Shown here: one piece after another, positions 14,022 to 27,641 of the stretch
Position numbering within the stretch: position 1 is the stretch's first letter
How the letters are laid out: each line of letters starts with the position of its first letter
NCBI GenBank assembly: GCA_951406725.2
Contig: OX597826.1
Span: 77,934,001-77,998,000, forward strand
DNA: 64,000 bases
Origin: Octopus vulgaris
Lineage: Eukaryota
Direction of reading: 5' to 3'
Translations under genes and position numbers: made by a program
The notes under the pieces: generated by a model
Seen by the model: only the letters and a program-made list of their open reading frames with translations
What the model was told of the DNA's origin: nothing
Database searches by the model: none

Positions 14022-14510
14022 TATTATATAATATTTTACTATAAAATTGGATTTAATCCTAAATCTGATTTTTTTCCCTGTAAATTTGGATTTATTCCCT
14101 AATATTTATTATATATATATACATATATATATAATACATTTCTACATTTCTTTAAGTTGTCGGTTATAAATAGATCAGGACGGCGAAACTGATCTTTCAG
14201 CTCATTTCCACTATACATATACAGACGTTTGTATGCACGTATGTGTGTGTATGTATGCATTACCCGTAGGACTCGAACGCACATCTGCAGACATGTTCCA
14301 CAGGCAGCCTTCATATTTTGCTATGGAAAGGTCTTTTAAACCAATATTTACACGCCATTGTTTACTTGTCTATTTTTATATTTATCCATTTATTTATTTA
14401 TCTATTTATTTATAGCCTTGTTTGCTTTGAGATACTCCGTTAGCAAAAGTGATTTCGCATTCTCTCGAAGTTTATAAATTCTTTTGACAGCAACAGCCTA
14501 TATGTATATA

Positions 14511-15735
14511 TACGAAGGGGAACTAAAAAGTTCACAGTCTGACTATGAAGGAGTGATGCTAGAGCTGTGACATCTTGCATTCATTAATTTCAACTCTTCT
14601 TCTTAATAATTGCATTGTTTTTGTTTTTTTTTTGTTGTTGTTATTGTTGCTGTTTTCATTTAAACCGACATCTGACTCGTCAAAAACTTCAAAAGTAACG
14701 ACTTCTCTTGAAAACCGACAAATTTTGGCATTGTGCTGTTTTCAAGTGCCTGCAGAAAATGTTTTAGCCCCCAACGACATTCACGTTGACATGATTGTTA
14801 CATTAGGGGGACTATCGCTCCAGCTTCATCAACAATGAATAAGGGAACAGCTAAAATTAGGGGAGGAAGGGAGATTCGTGAAGAAGATCAAAGGCGGACA
14901 TCCTGCAATTGAGGAAGACATTGATCGTATTCATCACATGATGATCGATGACAGACTATTGACAGTAAATCAAATAGACAATGTTATTAGCAAATCTCTT
15001 GAAAGAGTTGAGAATATTCTGCATAATGATCTTGACCCGATGAAGGTTTCTATTCGGTAGGTACTACGTTTTTCTGACACCTCATCAAAAGCGCATCAGG
15101 CTGATCACATCACAGGAAAATGTGATGTCGATTCAAGCAGATCTAGCAGATTTCCTTCAACGTTTCCTTACTCAGGGAGAGTGTTGGGTTCATCACTTTG
15201 AGCCAAAGACAAAGAGACAATCCATTCCATGCAAACACCCTCCTCACCTGCTACAAAGAAGGCCGAAGTCGTTTCCTCTGCAGGGAGGGTGCTGGCCTCA
15301 GTCTTTTGGCATGCAAAAGGCATTGTGTTTATTGACTATCTTCAACATGGACAGACCATCAATGCAGAAAACTATGCCAACTTGCTGAGGGTGTTCTGAA
15401 AGACTATCAAGACCAGACGTCCAGGAAGTCTGATAAAAGGGATCCTGTTTCATCAGGACAAATGCTCCAGTACACAGGTCTTCGCTTTCAATGGCTGCTG
15501 TGCGTGACTGTTGCTTCGAACAAGTTGATCACGCTCCCTATTCTCCTGATATGACCCTATATGGCTATCATCTGTTCCCCATCATAAACAAAGACTTTTG
15601 ACTCTAAACCAATATCGCAATGATAATGACGTCATATCTGCTGTTGATGACTTTTTTCACCAAACTGAAAGCGTTTCTTCACCAATGGGATCCAAGCACT
15701 ACAACATTAGTGGAAGAAGTATAAGGTTCACAAGA
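14511..15735 (+). mobile_element. Decayed mariner (DD34D) transposon; 3' TIR not found
   Basis: TA-CGAAGGGG..AAAAGTTC terminus; frameshifted transposase LTQGECWVHHFEPKTKRQS, SAGRVLASVFW, LFHQD, HAPYSPDM. Confidence 0.9.
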
Positions 15736-16062
15736 TATGTGTGTGTGTGTACATAAATAAATATATATATATATAAATATATAAATATATACGAATATAT
15801 ACACATACATACACACACACATATATATACGGTTCACAGGATTATATATATATATATATATATTCTTCCCTGTGCCTGTGAAATATTATATCCCTACCGT
15901 AAGGCTCTCCTTCCACAGACGCCAGCTTATTTTATTTCGTCATTAGTCGAAAGACATCTGTTGTTATGTCCTGTTATTTCTATTTGTGTAACTTTTTCCT
16001 CTTTTTCTGTCCTTGTTTTCTTTGTATCGTCTATTTGGATGTTTTGCGTTCTTGTCCCATTT

Positions 16063-16110
<48 letters not shown>

Positions 16111-16116
<6 letters not shown>

Positions 16117-16330
16117 AAAAAGGGACAGGCAAACAGGTTGCTTGACCGCATACCGAAAAAGTTGGACTCCGGGCACGACAAACCCTGTAATTCACATATG
16201 CAATTATGTGAATTACAGGGTTTGTCGTGCCCGGAGTCCAACTTTTGATAGAAATAAGCATTCTTGACTGCTATTTCTATTTTTTCGGTATGCGGTCAAG
16301 CAACCTGTTTGCCTGTCCCTTTTTCTTATA
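16111..16330. repeat. Long palindrome with a nested hairpin in the right arm
   Basis: 16157-16198/16205-16246 perfect; 16111-16160/16281-16330 perfect; 16248-16280 self-complementary. Confidence 0.95.
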
Positions 16331-16450
16331 TACAATATATATACTGAACTTTACAGAAGTTCCTGCCGGTAATCGGCTATATTTACATACCGAATTCTAC
16401 CAGTAAAAAATTGGTTTTTTTTTAAAAGCCTTTATAGAAATTATTTACTC

Positions 16451-16741
<291 letters not shown>

Positions 16742-16743
16742 AA

Positions 16744-17083
16744 GGCGCATGGCTCAGTGGTTAGATCGTTGAGCTTACGATCGTGAGGTTGTGAGCTCGA
16801 ATCCCGGTCCGGGCTGCGTGTTGTGTTCTTGAGCAAAGCACTTTATTTTCACGTTGCTCCAGTTCACTCAGCTGTAGAAATGAGTTGCGACGTCACTGGT
16901 GCCAAGCTGTATCGACCTTTGTCTTTCCCTTGGATAATACTGGTGGCGTGGAGAGGGAGACTGGTATGCATGGGCGACTGCTGGTCTTCCATAAACAACC
17001 TTGCCCAGACTTGTGTCTAGGAGGGTAACTTTCTAGGTGCAATCCCATGGTCATTCATGACCGAAGGGGGTCTTTACCCCTTT
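16744..17083 (+). mobile_element. tRNA-derived SINE family B inserted in (TA)n
   Basis: A box TGGCTCAGTGG, B-box-like GAGCTCGAATCCC, CORE-like GTGTTCTTGAGCAAAGCACTTTA; copies at 27642 and 63984. Confidence 0.88.
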
Positions 17084-17209
17084 ATATATATATATATATT
17101 TATTTCTTAAAATTAATATAGGGTAGGACAAATTATAGAAATGTTTTCTACCAGTGGCCTAGCATGTATACAATGTCAATAGACATATTTTTCATTAAAA
17201 AAAATTAGC

Positions 17210-17333
17210 GTACATCTAAACATACAAGAGGTGAGCCTTAATAGGTCGCCTTACATAGTTTGGACTTTTTGACTGTTCCTTCTAGTATGTAAGGCGACCT
17301 GTTAAGGCTCACCTCTTTTGTGTCTAAATGTAC
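17210..17333. repeat. Inverted repeat: 32-bp core arms (1 mismatch), 28-bp spacer
   Basis: AAGAGGTGAGCCTTAATAGGTCGCCTTACATA (17226-17257) vs 17286-17317, with imperfect outward extension. Confidence 0.9.
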
Positions 17334-17624
17334 ACCAATATATATATATGGATGGCATTCTAACTGTTCGATGGCATGGCATTCTAGCTGTTCGATCGAC
17401 TTAGCTCGATTAATATGGTGGTAATTGACTGAGTATTCCACAACAGTTAATTTCTCGATTGAATCAAAGAGCCATGATGTGACAAACCTCGAGTTTTGAA
17501 GGAAAAGTACAATTCATTCAATGGGCTTCCTCACAGTTTCCGCCTACCCAGTTTATGTCACAAGGATGAGAATGAACGGATGTAAATTCACTTAAAGATT
17601 TATCAAAGAATAATATAAAATTTC

Positions 17625-17785
17625 CACTCACCGTTAACATTTCTACTTATTCCTTTTTCATTTTTCTAAAATTTTCGTTGCCTCTTGCAACCTTTTCAAT
17701 AGTTTTGACTCTATTGAAAAGGTTGCAAGACACAACGAAAATTTTTAAAAAGTAAAGAAATAAGTGGAAATTTTACCGGTGAGTG
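17625..17785. repeat. Imperfect ~78-bp-arm palindrome of two divergent hammerhead-like (U3-A8) pseudo-LTR segments
   Basis: Arms 17625-17702 and 17711-17785; spacer TTTTGACT. Confidence 0.85.
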
Positions 17786-17789
17786 TGTT

Positions 17790-18450
17790 AAATTATAAGA
17801 CACAAAAATAAAATGACTATCTCCAGACACAACAGAATATGCTTCAACACACGAACTCATATAAAGAATTTTGCAAACCAAATCCCAAAACGAAATAATA
17901 TAAAAAAACAGTCTACAATATATGTCTCATCATCTGTTACTGAATGAAAAACGACATTGGAATGAAATTAGGGGAAGTTGTGTAAGGGTGTGAGATGTTA
18001 TTTAGTTAACAACACACAATATTTTACTCACGTTGTTGTTATGACATATCTTGTTTTATAGCGGTTCAAGTGATGCTTTCAATGTGGGACCATGTGAGTT
18101 CACTTTCTTACAATGGAGTTCGACTGAAATGGGTTTTATATATATGTTTTTCGTATTTAGCTTCAATTGAAACGGATTAGAGGCTTGCTTTATAACCAAA
18201 GCAAATATTTGTTTTAGAAATGTGCTTTAGATATGGATTTTCATCGAAATCGATTAAAATCAATCTAATCCGAGATACAATATTATCTTTAAATGTTGAT
18301 TTTGATATTGTTTTTCCATGGATAATGTCAGCACTAAGATTCATTAAACTCTCTGTATGATGTTTTAGCTAATAATTATATGAAAAGTTAATTTTAAAAT
18401 GTAATAGTATTAAAGTATTGGTAAGATAAAAATGTTGGCATAGCAAAGAA
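17790..18450 (+). pseudogene. Possible 5' leader and N-terminal ORF relic of a Penelope-like element
   Basis: ~18180-18280 reads TKANIC.LEMCFRYGFSSKSIKINL (frameshifted), resembling the PLE N-terminal FL..C....PK pattern; follows the hammerhead palindrome. Confidence 0.35.
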
Positions 18451-20030
18451 TGAGTCTTTTCAAAATTAATTTTACTTCAGAAATCCACAAGAAACCTAAA
18501 CAATCAGATCTCTAACATCAAAACTACAAACAACTGTGAGATTACATTAAAAATTACGTTAGCAATGCGAAGTTGCTATCCAAAATTCCATTAGCATTTG
18601 CATCGGCCTAACACCAAACTCTTTTAAATTTATATATAAACAACACATACATACATTTGGGAAGAAAACACTTAGTAAAAACACACACACCTCTTGTCGT
18701 CAATTACATATCAATCACATAAGAATAATATACTACATAGAGTGAAAAGAGCAATCGTCGTTTAAACAAAGTCTGATAACAGCTGAGGTGACAGAGAAAA
18801 CTGTGAACGGATCAGGCTTATGTTATTCGTTATAAACATCTAAAAAGTGTCTACACGTACCAGGATATTCAAAATATGATATACCTGTCACGCTTCCCAA
18901 TTGGTGAGACATTTCAGTATTGATTTTAAAAAAAAAATTCAGTCTTTTTCATCGTTTATATAGTTATATGTTCACATTTTTCTTATACATACATTTTCCG
19001 TCTTTTATACATTTCGTTTTCCGATTTTGTATTTATATACTTATTATTTTTCATTGTTTCTATTTGCCTTTAAAAATTTTCAAACATTTTAAAGCAGTAA
19101 ACGATACATCCATCACAACACATCGCTTTATTCATTCATTCGTATAAACACTATTAGAAAACATTTGAAACTCTGAGTAACTTTCGAATTTGGATTTTTC
19201 ATTTACAATGTTTTGCATAATTTTTTTTTAAATTTTTACCTTACAGAAAGTTTTATCTTTCTTATATATTAACATTATCTTTTAAAAAAATTACTTTTCG
19301 AAAATTGAGATAAACCCAAGTGTAAATATTTAGTTCCAACGTCGTTTCACTAATGTCGATTTTTGGAACTCAGCATTGGTTATTCCAAACGTGCTTGGTT
19401 GCCTTAACAATATGGATCATCACAGGAACATTTTACACCATTCTATTGCAGAGATCTCTAAAATTATTAGACAAAAATAACTGAGCGTTGCCAATGCATT
19501 CTAGTTCTGCTATGATCCATTCAAAGCCCTTAATCAACTTTTACAGATGATAACATATCATCCAAGACTGATTTTAATGCATTTCAATAAAATAATAAAA
19601 TATTCATCTAAAATGCATCACTGAAACATATATTTGCAAGAGTGACGAAGTGAGCACCTCATCTGTTTCAGTTAAAACTATAGACATTAAAGCCACTTCA
19701 AAGACCATTACACAACCAATCACATACCAGTGAGAAAAAGAGGACTCAAGTTATAATGCATTAAAAAACATTAGTTAACTTCTACAAAGGAAAACATGTA
19801 ATAGATACAAAGCTAGATTACAATGTTGCCCATTTGTTCATTTAGAAAGTACTTCACGTCGGTAAAAAAGGAACCAGCTTCTATTCTCATGATTTATGTA
19901 TCTTTGTCCTCGAGTGGTTGACACAAAAACACATGTGTGTTTCACCACATTCAAACCGCTTTTATTTTACTGCTCCACAAATTTGAAACAAATAAAACGT
20001 GTGTACACCTCTTGCAATCACCGCCACACA

Positions 20031-20225
20031 TACGAGGGAGGGAGTGCTGGAAAGTTCCTGGCTTTGGGTAAAAGAAAATACAGCAGGATCAGTTAACTGC
20101 GATTTTATTCAACATATTGGCCTCTCAGATTCACACACCGATTGCAGTGGTCCTCGGAGAATTGGGCCCGCGATCAGGCTTTTCTAGATACCCTTAAAGT
20201 CATAGACATTTCAAATTACCCCGTA
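20031..20225. mobile_element. Non-autonomous mariner-derived MITE
   Basis: TA-CGAGGG..GAAAGTTCCTGGCTTT start and degenerate inverted end AAAGTCATAGACATTTCAAATTACCCCG-TA. Confidence 0.55.
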
Positions 20226-20433
20226 CGTACGTACATACATACATGCATACATATATGCATACATACAAAATCTGCAAAACCTTAAGATATAAAGGATGAT
20301 GAACAAAACAAGATACTTTCCTTCATAACCTTCACAAGGAGGTAGCCGGGCAAAATTTAGTTAAAATTCAAAAGAGGAAGAGAACATCCAGCCAGCCAGC
20401 CATACATCCAAACATACATACATACATACATGC

Positions 20434-20487
<54 letters not shown>

Positions 20488-20513
20488 TTAATAATAATAA
20501 TAATAATTATTAT

Positions 20514-20587
<74 letters not shown>

Positions 20588-20826
20588 ATATGTATATATA
20601 TATATATATGTATATATGTATATATATATATATAAATATATATATGTATATATGTATATATATATATATAAATATATATATGTATGTATGTATATATGTA
20701 TATATATATGCATATATATTTCTATATACACATATACACACATATATATTAAAGGAAATTCATATTTGTAACATTTATTATAGATGTACTTTCATATACT
20801 AGCTGGTCAGACAGTGCTTTATTGAC

Positions 20827-20867
20827 GTGTCTGACAAGCCACCGAGGGCGAAACTTTGGAGTCTCGC
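20827..20867 (+). ncRNA. Degenerate type-I hammerhead ribozyme-like motif
   Basis: CTGACAA-GCC-ACCGAG-GGC-GAAA-CT-TTGG-AG-TC; G8 mutated, weak stem I. Confidence 0.5.
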
Positions 20868-21045
20868 TGTATTTCTGTCTAATAAAACACGTGCTTTCTT
20901 TCCTTCTACTGAGATGTTTTGTTTTATTTCCTAACAGTGAATGTTGTCTGTTATTTTAAATTTATTTTTCAAAACACAAACTGAACTGCAAATATACCCG
21001 CATCTACAATACACACATACATACATTTGTACACACACACACACG

Positions 21046-21078
<33 letters not shown>

Positions 21079-21119
21079 CAAAACACACACACATATATAT
21101 ATATATATAATATATTATA

Positions 21120-21271
<152 letters not shown>

Positions 21272-21285
21272 ATGTATACATACAC

Positions 21286-21316
<31 letters not shown>

Positions 21317-21319
21317 CAC

Positions 21320-21366
<47 letters not shown>

Positions 21367-21371
21367 CATAT

Positions 21372-21507
<136 letters not shown>

Positions 21508-22120
21508 GTGCGTATATGCATTAGTTTCTGTGGTTGTTTGTTCTGAATAACACTCAGTCCGTACACTAATTAGGGTTGAACAGAGAAAATGGTTTTAAAG
21601 CATAATGTTCACCGTTAATCGCTCTTTCGTTTACGCTCTTCTTTTCTTCTCTTATATTTCCAGGTTTGCTTTTCTGTTTTGCTTTGCGCAATTGTGAACT
21701 TATCTTTATTATTGTTATTTTTTATTATTTTTAGTATGCTCCTTAAATTAAAAAAAAAAAAGAAGGAAAAGAGATTATTTTTCGAATTTGCAATTTGTTA
21801 CCTTTTGTGAGCATACATATGTACATTCATACACACACACACACATATATATATATACATAGACACATACGAGCATGATATCTGATAAACAATCATATAT
21901 GTTTGAAGTGTGTCGGTTTATATGTGTATATGTATGTATATAAATATATACATATACATATATGTATATTTGTATATGTTGTATATATATATACATATAT
22001 ATATATATGTATATATATCTGTCTATATATATATGTAAATATATAGACATATATATATGTATAAATATATATATATACATATACATGCATATATGTATAG
22101 ATATATATTTATATGCATAC

Positions 22121-22154
<34 letters not shown>

Positions 22155-22399
22155 GCATTATGTATATGTGTGTGTATTTATATATACACACATATATATG
22201 ATGTATTGTATACATTACACACGCATATAAATACATGTATAATCGTATATGCGTGTTATATATGGATGTGAGTGAGTGTATGTGTGAGGAGAAAGGGAGA
22301 AGAGAACGAATAAGAGATAAATAAATATATAACATATATAGATATACATACATATATATACATATATGTGTGTATATATATATACATATATATGTATAT

Positions 22400-22433
<34 letters not shown>

Positions 22434-22444
22434 GCATATTTATA

Positions 22445-22482
<38 letters not shown>

Positions 22483-22530
22483 TATAAGTATAGATATATA
22501 TATAGTTATATATATATATATATAATTATT

Positions 22531-22578
<48 letters not shown>

Positions 22579-23443
22579 CATTTGAAAGTGTTACTTAAAG
22601 AAACTAATTAGGCCACCATTATAATAAAGGACTTAAAGAATTACACGTTCAGGTACACACACATGAAGACAGGTACGCGCGCACGCACATATACATACAG
22701 ACATAGACGTATATATATATACCCACACATACACACCCGACACACACACGTATATTTAAGTACGTAACAACAACTACTATAGGCAAAGAATACCAAAAAA
22801 ATATAAACAAGGTTAACTTCAGAAGCTTTAAACCTTCTAACAAGAAAGCAAAGACGGCATTGAAAACGCAGGAGACGTCTTAGTCTTTCCTTTCCCTTAT
22901 AGTTTTTGATTCCAGTAACTGCCAACCCAAGCGCCGACGCAGCCAACATCGTAACCACCAACCTATAATATAAAATTGATTTTTGTTATAGTGGTTGTTG
23001 TTGTTGGTGGTGGTGGTGGTGGCAGTGTTGGCGCTTGTGATGGTAACGGTGTTGGAGATGGTTGGTGGTGTTTGATTCCAATCAGCCAGCATATTCGTAA
23101 ACTAAATAGTGCTAGTAGACTTGTATCTATCTACAAAAGCAATTTCCTAAGCGTAATGGAGTTTTCCTCTTTATGTGTACACATACAAAACGAAACGAAC
23201 ACGCATCCGCACGCATACACATACACAACCATACACACGCGGCCATACACAATGAATCATAACGCACACACAAACGCACACACAACACATACACGATCGC
23301 ACGCACACACATTACTCAAGTATGTAACTTTTACGACGTCAAACCACCTATGTTTAATATTTATATGTATACCAGAGTCTTTACATATATACATATATAC
23401 ATATATATATATATATTTATGTGTATATATATATGCATGCGTT

Positions 23444-23503
<60 letters not shown>

Positions 23504-23824
23504 TGTATATACATATAAATCTATGTACATATATATATATATATATATAAATATGTATATACATATAAATCTATGTACATATAGACAATATAAATATGTA
23601 TATACATATAAATCTATGTACATATATACATATACGTATACGTATAGTTATGTGTGTCTGTGCGTCTGTCTGTGTGTATGCGTGGGGGGGGCTGAGTTTC
23701 TTTTCATTGTCTTTATCATTTCAATTTTAATATAAAAAATAAATCAATAACAGATTTTTCCTTTCAATCAGAACATGAATTTGTAGTGGTGGTGGCGGTG
23801 GTGGTGGTGGTGATGGCGGTAGTG

Positions 23825-23879
<55 letters not shown>

Positions 23880-23965
23880 CTTAAAAAGAAGAAAAGAAAG
23901 ATGGTGAAGGAGGAGCAATTGAAGAATAATAATAAAGATGAAGGTGGAGCTGTTTGAGTTTCATA

Positions 23966-24003
<38 letters not shown>

Positions 24004-24261
24004 TAATAAAAATAATAATAATAATAATAAAAATAATGATAATAATAATGATAATAATAATAATAATAATGATAATAATAATAATAATAATGATAATAAT
24101 AATAATAATAATAGTGATAATAATAATAATGATAATAATAATAATTTAAAAAATAATGATAATAATAAAAATAATAATAATGATAATAATAATTAAAAAA
24201 ATAATGATAATAATAATATTAATAATAATAATAATAGAAATAATAAAAATAATGACAATAA

Positions 24262-24321
<60 letters not shown>

Positions 24322-24370
24322 TAATAGTAATAATAATAATAATAATGATAATAGTAATAATAATAATAAT

Positions 24371-25109
24371 AGTTGCAGCACAAGACCAAAGCCTCCCCAC
24401 CAGAAATTACCAAAAACATGTAATGAAAAGAAATATTACAAGTAACTGCAGAATATGTGGAGATGGACAAGAAACAATAAATCATATTATCTCTAGCTGC
24501 CCAGTCCTGGCTAAGAAGGAATATATTCACAGACATGACAGAGTTGGAACCTACATATATTGGAAGCTATGCCAACATTATGGAATAACAACAGAAAAAA
24601 GATGGTATAGGCACACACCAGAAAAGGTCACAGAAAACGAGAAAGCAACCATACTCTGGGATATGCCGATACACACAGATAGAGAAATTAAGGCCAACAG
24701 ACCAGATATAGTTGTCAGAGATCATGAAGAAAAAAATGCTTTCTAATTGATGTATCAATACCGGCAGATGACAACGTGTCTCTAAAAGAAATGGAGAAAC
24801 TCTCAAAATACAAAGACCTGGAAATAGAGGTAACTAGAATGTGGAATCTGAAAACAGAAACAATTCCTATCATAGTAGGTGCATTAGGCATGATAAAAAA
24901 ATATTCAGACAAATACATAACAAAAACACCAGGACTTACAAACACATATAACATACAGAAAATTGCACTACTAGGCACTGCACACATCCTACGCAGAACA
25001 CTTTCCATACAATAACCATCAGAGCATCACAACAAATCACAGCACATACCGAAGGCACACAGAGCTGCGCTCGGTAGTGAAGTGAAAGCACGCTATAAAA
25101 ATAAAACTA

Positions 25110-25112
<3 letters not shown>
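24371..25112 (+). mobile_element. 5'-truncated R4/Dong-clade non-LTR retrotransposon (CCHC finger, restriction-like endonuclease, 3'UTR) in (TAA)n
   Basis: AAQDQSL..CRICGDGQETINHIISSC..RHD..RPDIVV..LIDVSIP..KLSKYKDL..PIIVGALG..IQKIALLGTAHILRR; one frameshift at ~24735; (AAT)n on both sides. Confidence 0.95.
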
Positions 25113-25180
<68 letters not shown>

Positions 25181-25199
25181 TGATGGTGATAATGATAAT

Positions 25200-25375
25200 T
25201 CTTTCTGTTGTAAGCAAAATGCCTGAAATTTCCGGGAGGAGGATAGTCGATTACATCAACAGCAGTACACAACTGGTACTTATCTTATCGGTCCCGAAAG
25301 GATGAAAGGAAAAGTCGAGCTCGACGGAATTTGAACTCAGAAAGTAAAGAGGGATTCTGCCAGCCCGCCGCCTTG
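25200..25375 (-). mobile_element. SINE family A, internally deleted
   Basis: CTGGTACTTATCTTATCGGTCCCGAAAGGATGAAAGG..CTGCCAGCCCGCCGCC is the reverse of family A. Confidence 0.8.
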
Positions 25376-25403
25376 ATGATAATAACAACAACAACAACAA
25401 CAA

Positions 25404-25490
25404 CAGCATGAACTTCCAACCTGTTGTCTCTTGAGGTGCCTGGATGAGACGTGGAGCTAACTTGTACAAATATAAAGCAAAAGTCAAACA
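25404..25490 (+). mobile_element. Short insertion ending in (AAT)n, probably a 3'UTR-only Dong-like copy
   Basis: ~90 bp of unique sequence between microsatellites; 3' junction architecture like 25112. Confidence 0.4.
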
Positions 25491-25557
<67 letters not shown>

Positions 25558-26270
25558 TGAAAACAATTTGAAAATGGTCCCTTGAATACATACAAGAATC
25601 GCAAAATATATATGGAGAGAAGGAGTCAGGAATGTGTAGAGCCAGTGGAACGTTGAACGAGACAATGGTACACATTGCAGCAGGATGCCCCAAGTTGGCT
25701 CTTGGAAGAATATAAGAAATGGAGCCACAACCAGGTTATAAATGTTTTACACTGGAAACGGTGCCAGAAATGGTGATTTGAATCGAATCGGAGAAATGTA
25801 AGATTTTGTGACACTTTACTATTCAAAGAGACAAGAAGTTAGAAAAAATAGACCAAGTCTTAATTATAGATAAGGAATAGCGAAGTTGCTAGCTCATCGA
25901 CCCGTCATACCCGTTTGATTCCAGGATTGGGAAGAAAGTGGAAGAAAAACAAAAATAATTCCAATTCTTTATAATTTGAAATAGGAAGAATTTGGAGTAT
26001 GAGAATAGTGAAGGTCGCGTCTATAATAATTGGTGCGTTGGAGAAACAGTAAGCCAAGATATAGACGAATGGCTGAAGGAGATTAAAAGAGAATGCCCTG
26101 TAGTAGAGCTTCTACAGAAAGTTTGTTTCTTAGAGAGAGGAAGGATTATCAGGAGGGTTCTAAGCACTTGAAAGACTGCGGAGAACTTGTTGATCCCGAA
26201 GATTACAGGTAGTAACCCACTACCCACATAAGTCCTACATGTGATAAGATCGAACCTGAATCATACCAAA
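25558..26270 (+). pseudogene. Older decayed R4/Dong-like endonuclease region and 3' end
   Basis: ETMVHIAAGCPKLA, IIIGAL and LLQKVCFLERGRIIRRVLST*, with stops and frameshifts. Confidence 0.8.
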
Positions 26271-26603
26271 TAATAAATGAAAAGTATTTGAGAATTATCC
26301 CTGCATGAAATACAAAAGCTTGTTTTAACTAATATGTCCCATTTTTTGAGAAGAGTATTATCGCAGTGAAATGTCTTTCCTTCCTCCACATTTTTCATTT
26401 TTTCTATATTTTTTTATTTTTCATTTTTCCCTTTTTTTTCTATCACATAACTTGACTTTGTAAAAGAACAATCTGATGTGTTTATTTTGATTGCCTATCA
26501 ATATATATACATTAAGTTTTGTTGTCCTAGGTGTCGCGAAGAGACTCGGCAAGAAATGGAAACGAAATTGAAAGAAGAAAAATACTCCAACTAATAAAGA
26601 TAA

Positions 26604-26765
26604 TTGTTTCAAATTTTGGCACGAGGCCAGCAAATTAGGCGGAGGTTTTAAGTCGATTATATCGACCCCAGCGTTCAAATAATACTTATTTTATTGACAC
26701 CGAAATGGTGAAAGGTAAAGCCGATCCCGGCAGAATTTGAACTCAGAATATAAAGATGGACGAAA
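26604..26765 (-). mobile_element. SINE family A, 5'-truncated
   Basis: TTTCAAATTTTGGCAC..AGTCGATTATATCGACCCCAG..GAATTTGAACTCAGAA. Confidence 0.75.
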
Positions 26766-26804
26766 CAACAACAACAAAAACAATAACAATAATAATAATA
26801 ATAA

Positions 26805-27345
26805 ATGCCCTGATGCAGTACCAGGCAGTGGCTCTCATGGCTTCTCATCTTAACTGATTGGAAGTGTTTTCATGTACATTGTTTTGTCTTGGTATAAAAG
26901 ATGGGCTACAGCAAATATTCTGCTCAAAACCACAGATTTGCTTGTCAGTTGTTTGACCTTAACCAGTTGAGCATGTCCCTTAGTGGCTGACGATATGTGC
27001 ATCACTGATCATGAGCAGAAGTAGTCGGGGAGAATCATAGCCGTGTGTTGAAAGGAATTCTTTAGGGTTTGGATAATTCATCTCTGAAAACATGGGTGTT
27101 TCGTTCAACATCCTTAAACAACCCTTATTCAGGGATCTTTTGAGTGGGATGGGCTACTCGACCTGAACAAAATTCTAACATGGCCCCACCTGTTTATCTT
27201 GATATGAGATCACCATGTCGCGCATATATGGTTGTGATGTGCTCGATGTACCCTTATCAGGCGGGTTGTTATGACGGGTATACCGGGCTTTGTATATTTT
27301 ACTCCAGTGTCACTTTGATGGCATACACTGCTCTTTCACTCACTC
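26805..27345. mobile_element. ~540-bp non-coding insertion within (AAT)n, putative non-autonomous element
   Basis: Sharp boundaries against (AAT)n on both sides; no recognisable ORF or TIR. Confidence 0.45.
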
Positions 27346-27378
<33 letters not shown>

Positions 27379-27382
<4 letters not shown>

Positions 27383-27560
27383 AGGGGCTGCAATGAGGAT
27401 GGAGCACTTGCAGAAAACAGCACTGCTTGGAACCGCACGAATACTCCGGAAGGTGCTCGAAAATAAGGGGTGTTACCTTAGTTCACTGGTAGTGAACAGC
27501 TGTCACCGTACTACATCTCCAGTAGCACACGTTATAAGCTGTGCAAATGCAAAACTGTGT
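27379..27560 (+). mobile_element. R4/Dong-like extreme 3' end
   Basis: QIGAAMRMEHLQKTALLGTARILRKVLEN immediately after (AAT)n. Confidence 0.8.
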
Positions 27561-27641
27561 TCATAGGCAGCTACGGTCCTATACGTACAGTGAGTGGGAG
27601 TGACTTGAATGGATTGGGGGGAGGATATATAGCACTGGTAA

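Noticed and set aside
16744-16815. tRNA genes at SINE heads (also 9026, 50087)
   Set aside because: No proper acceptor stem; each continues into a repeated SINE body
23495-23625. Three ~50-bp tandem copies in TA-rich sequence (also a ~24-bp duplication at 17354-17398)
   Set aside because: Ordinary slippage duplications
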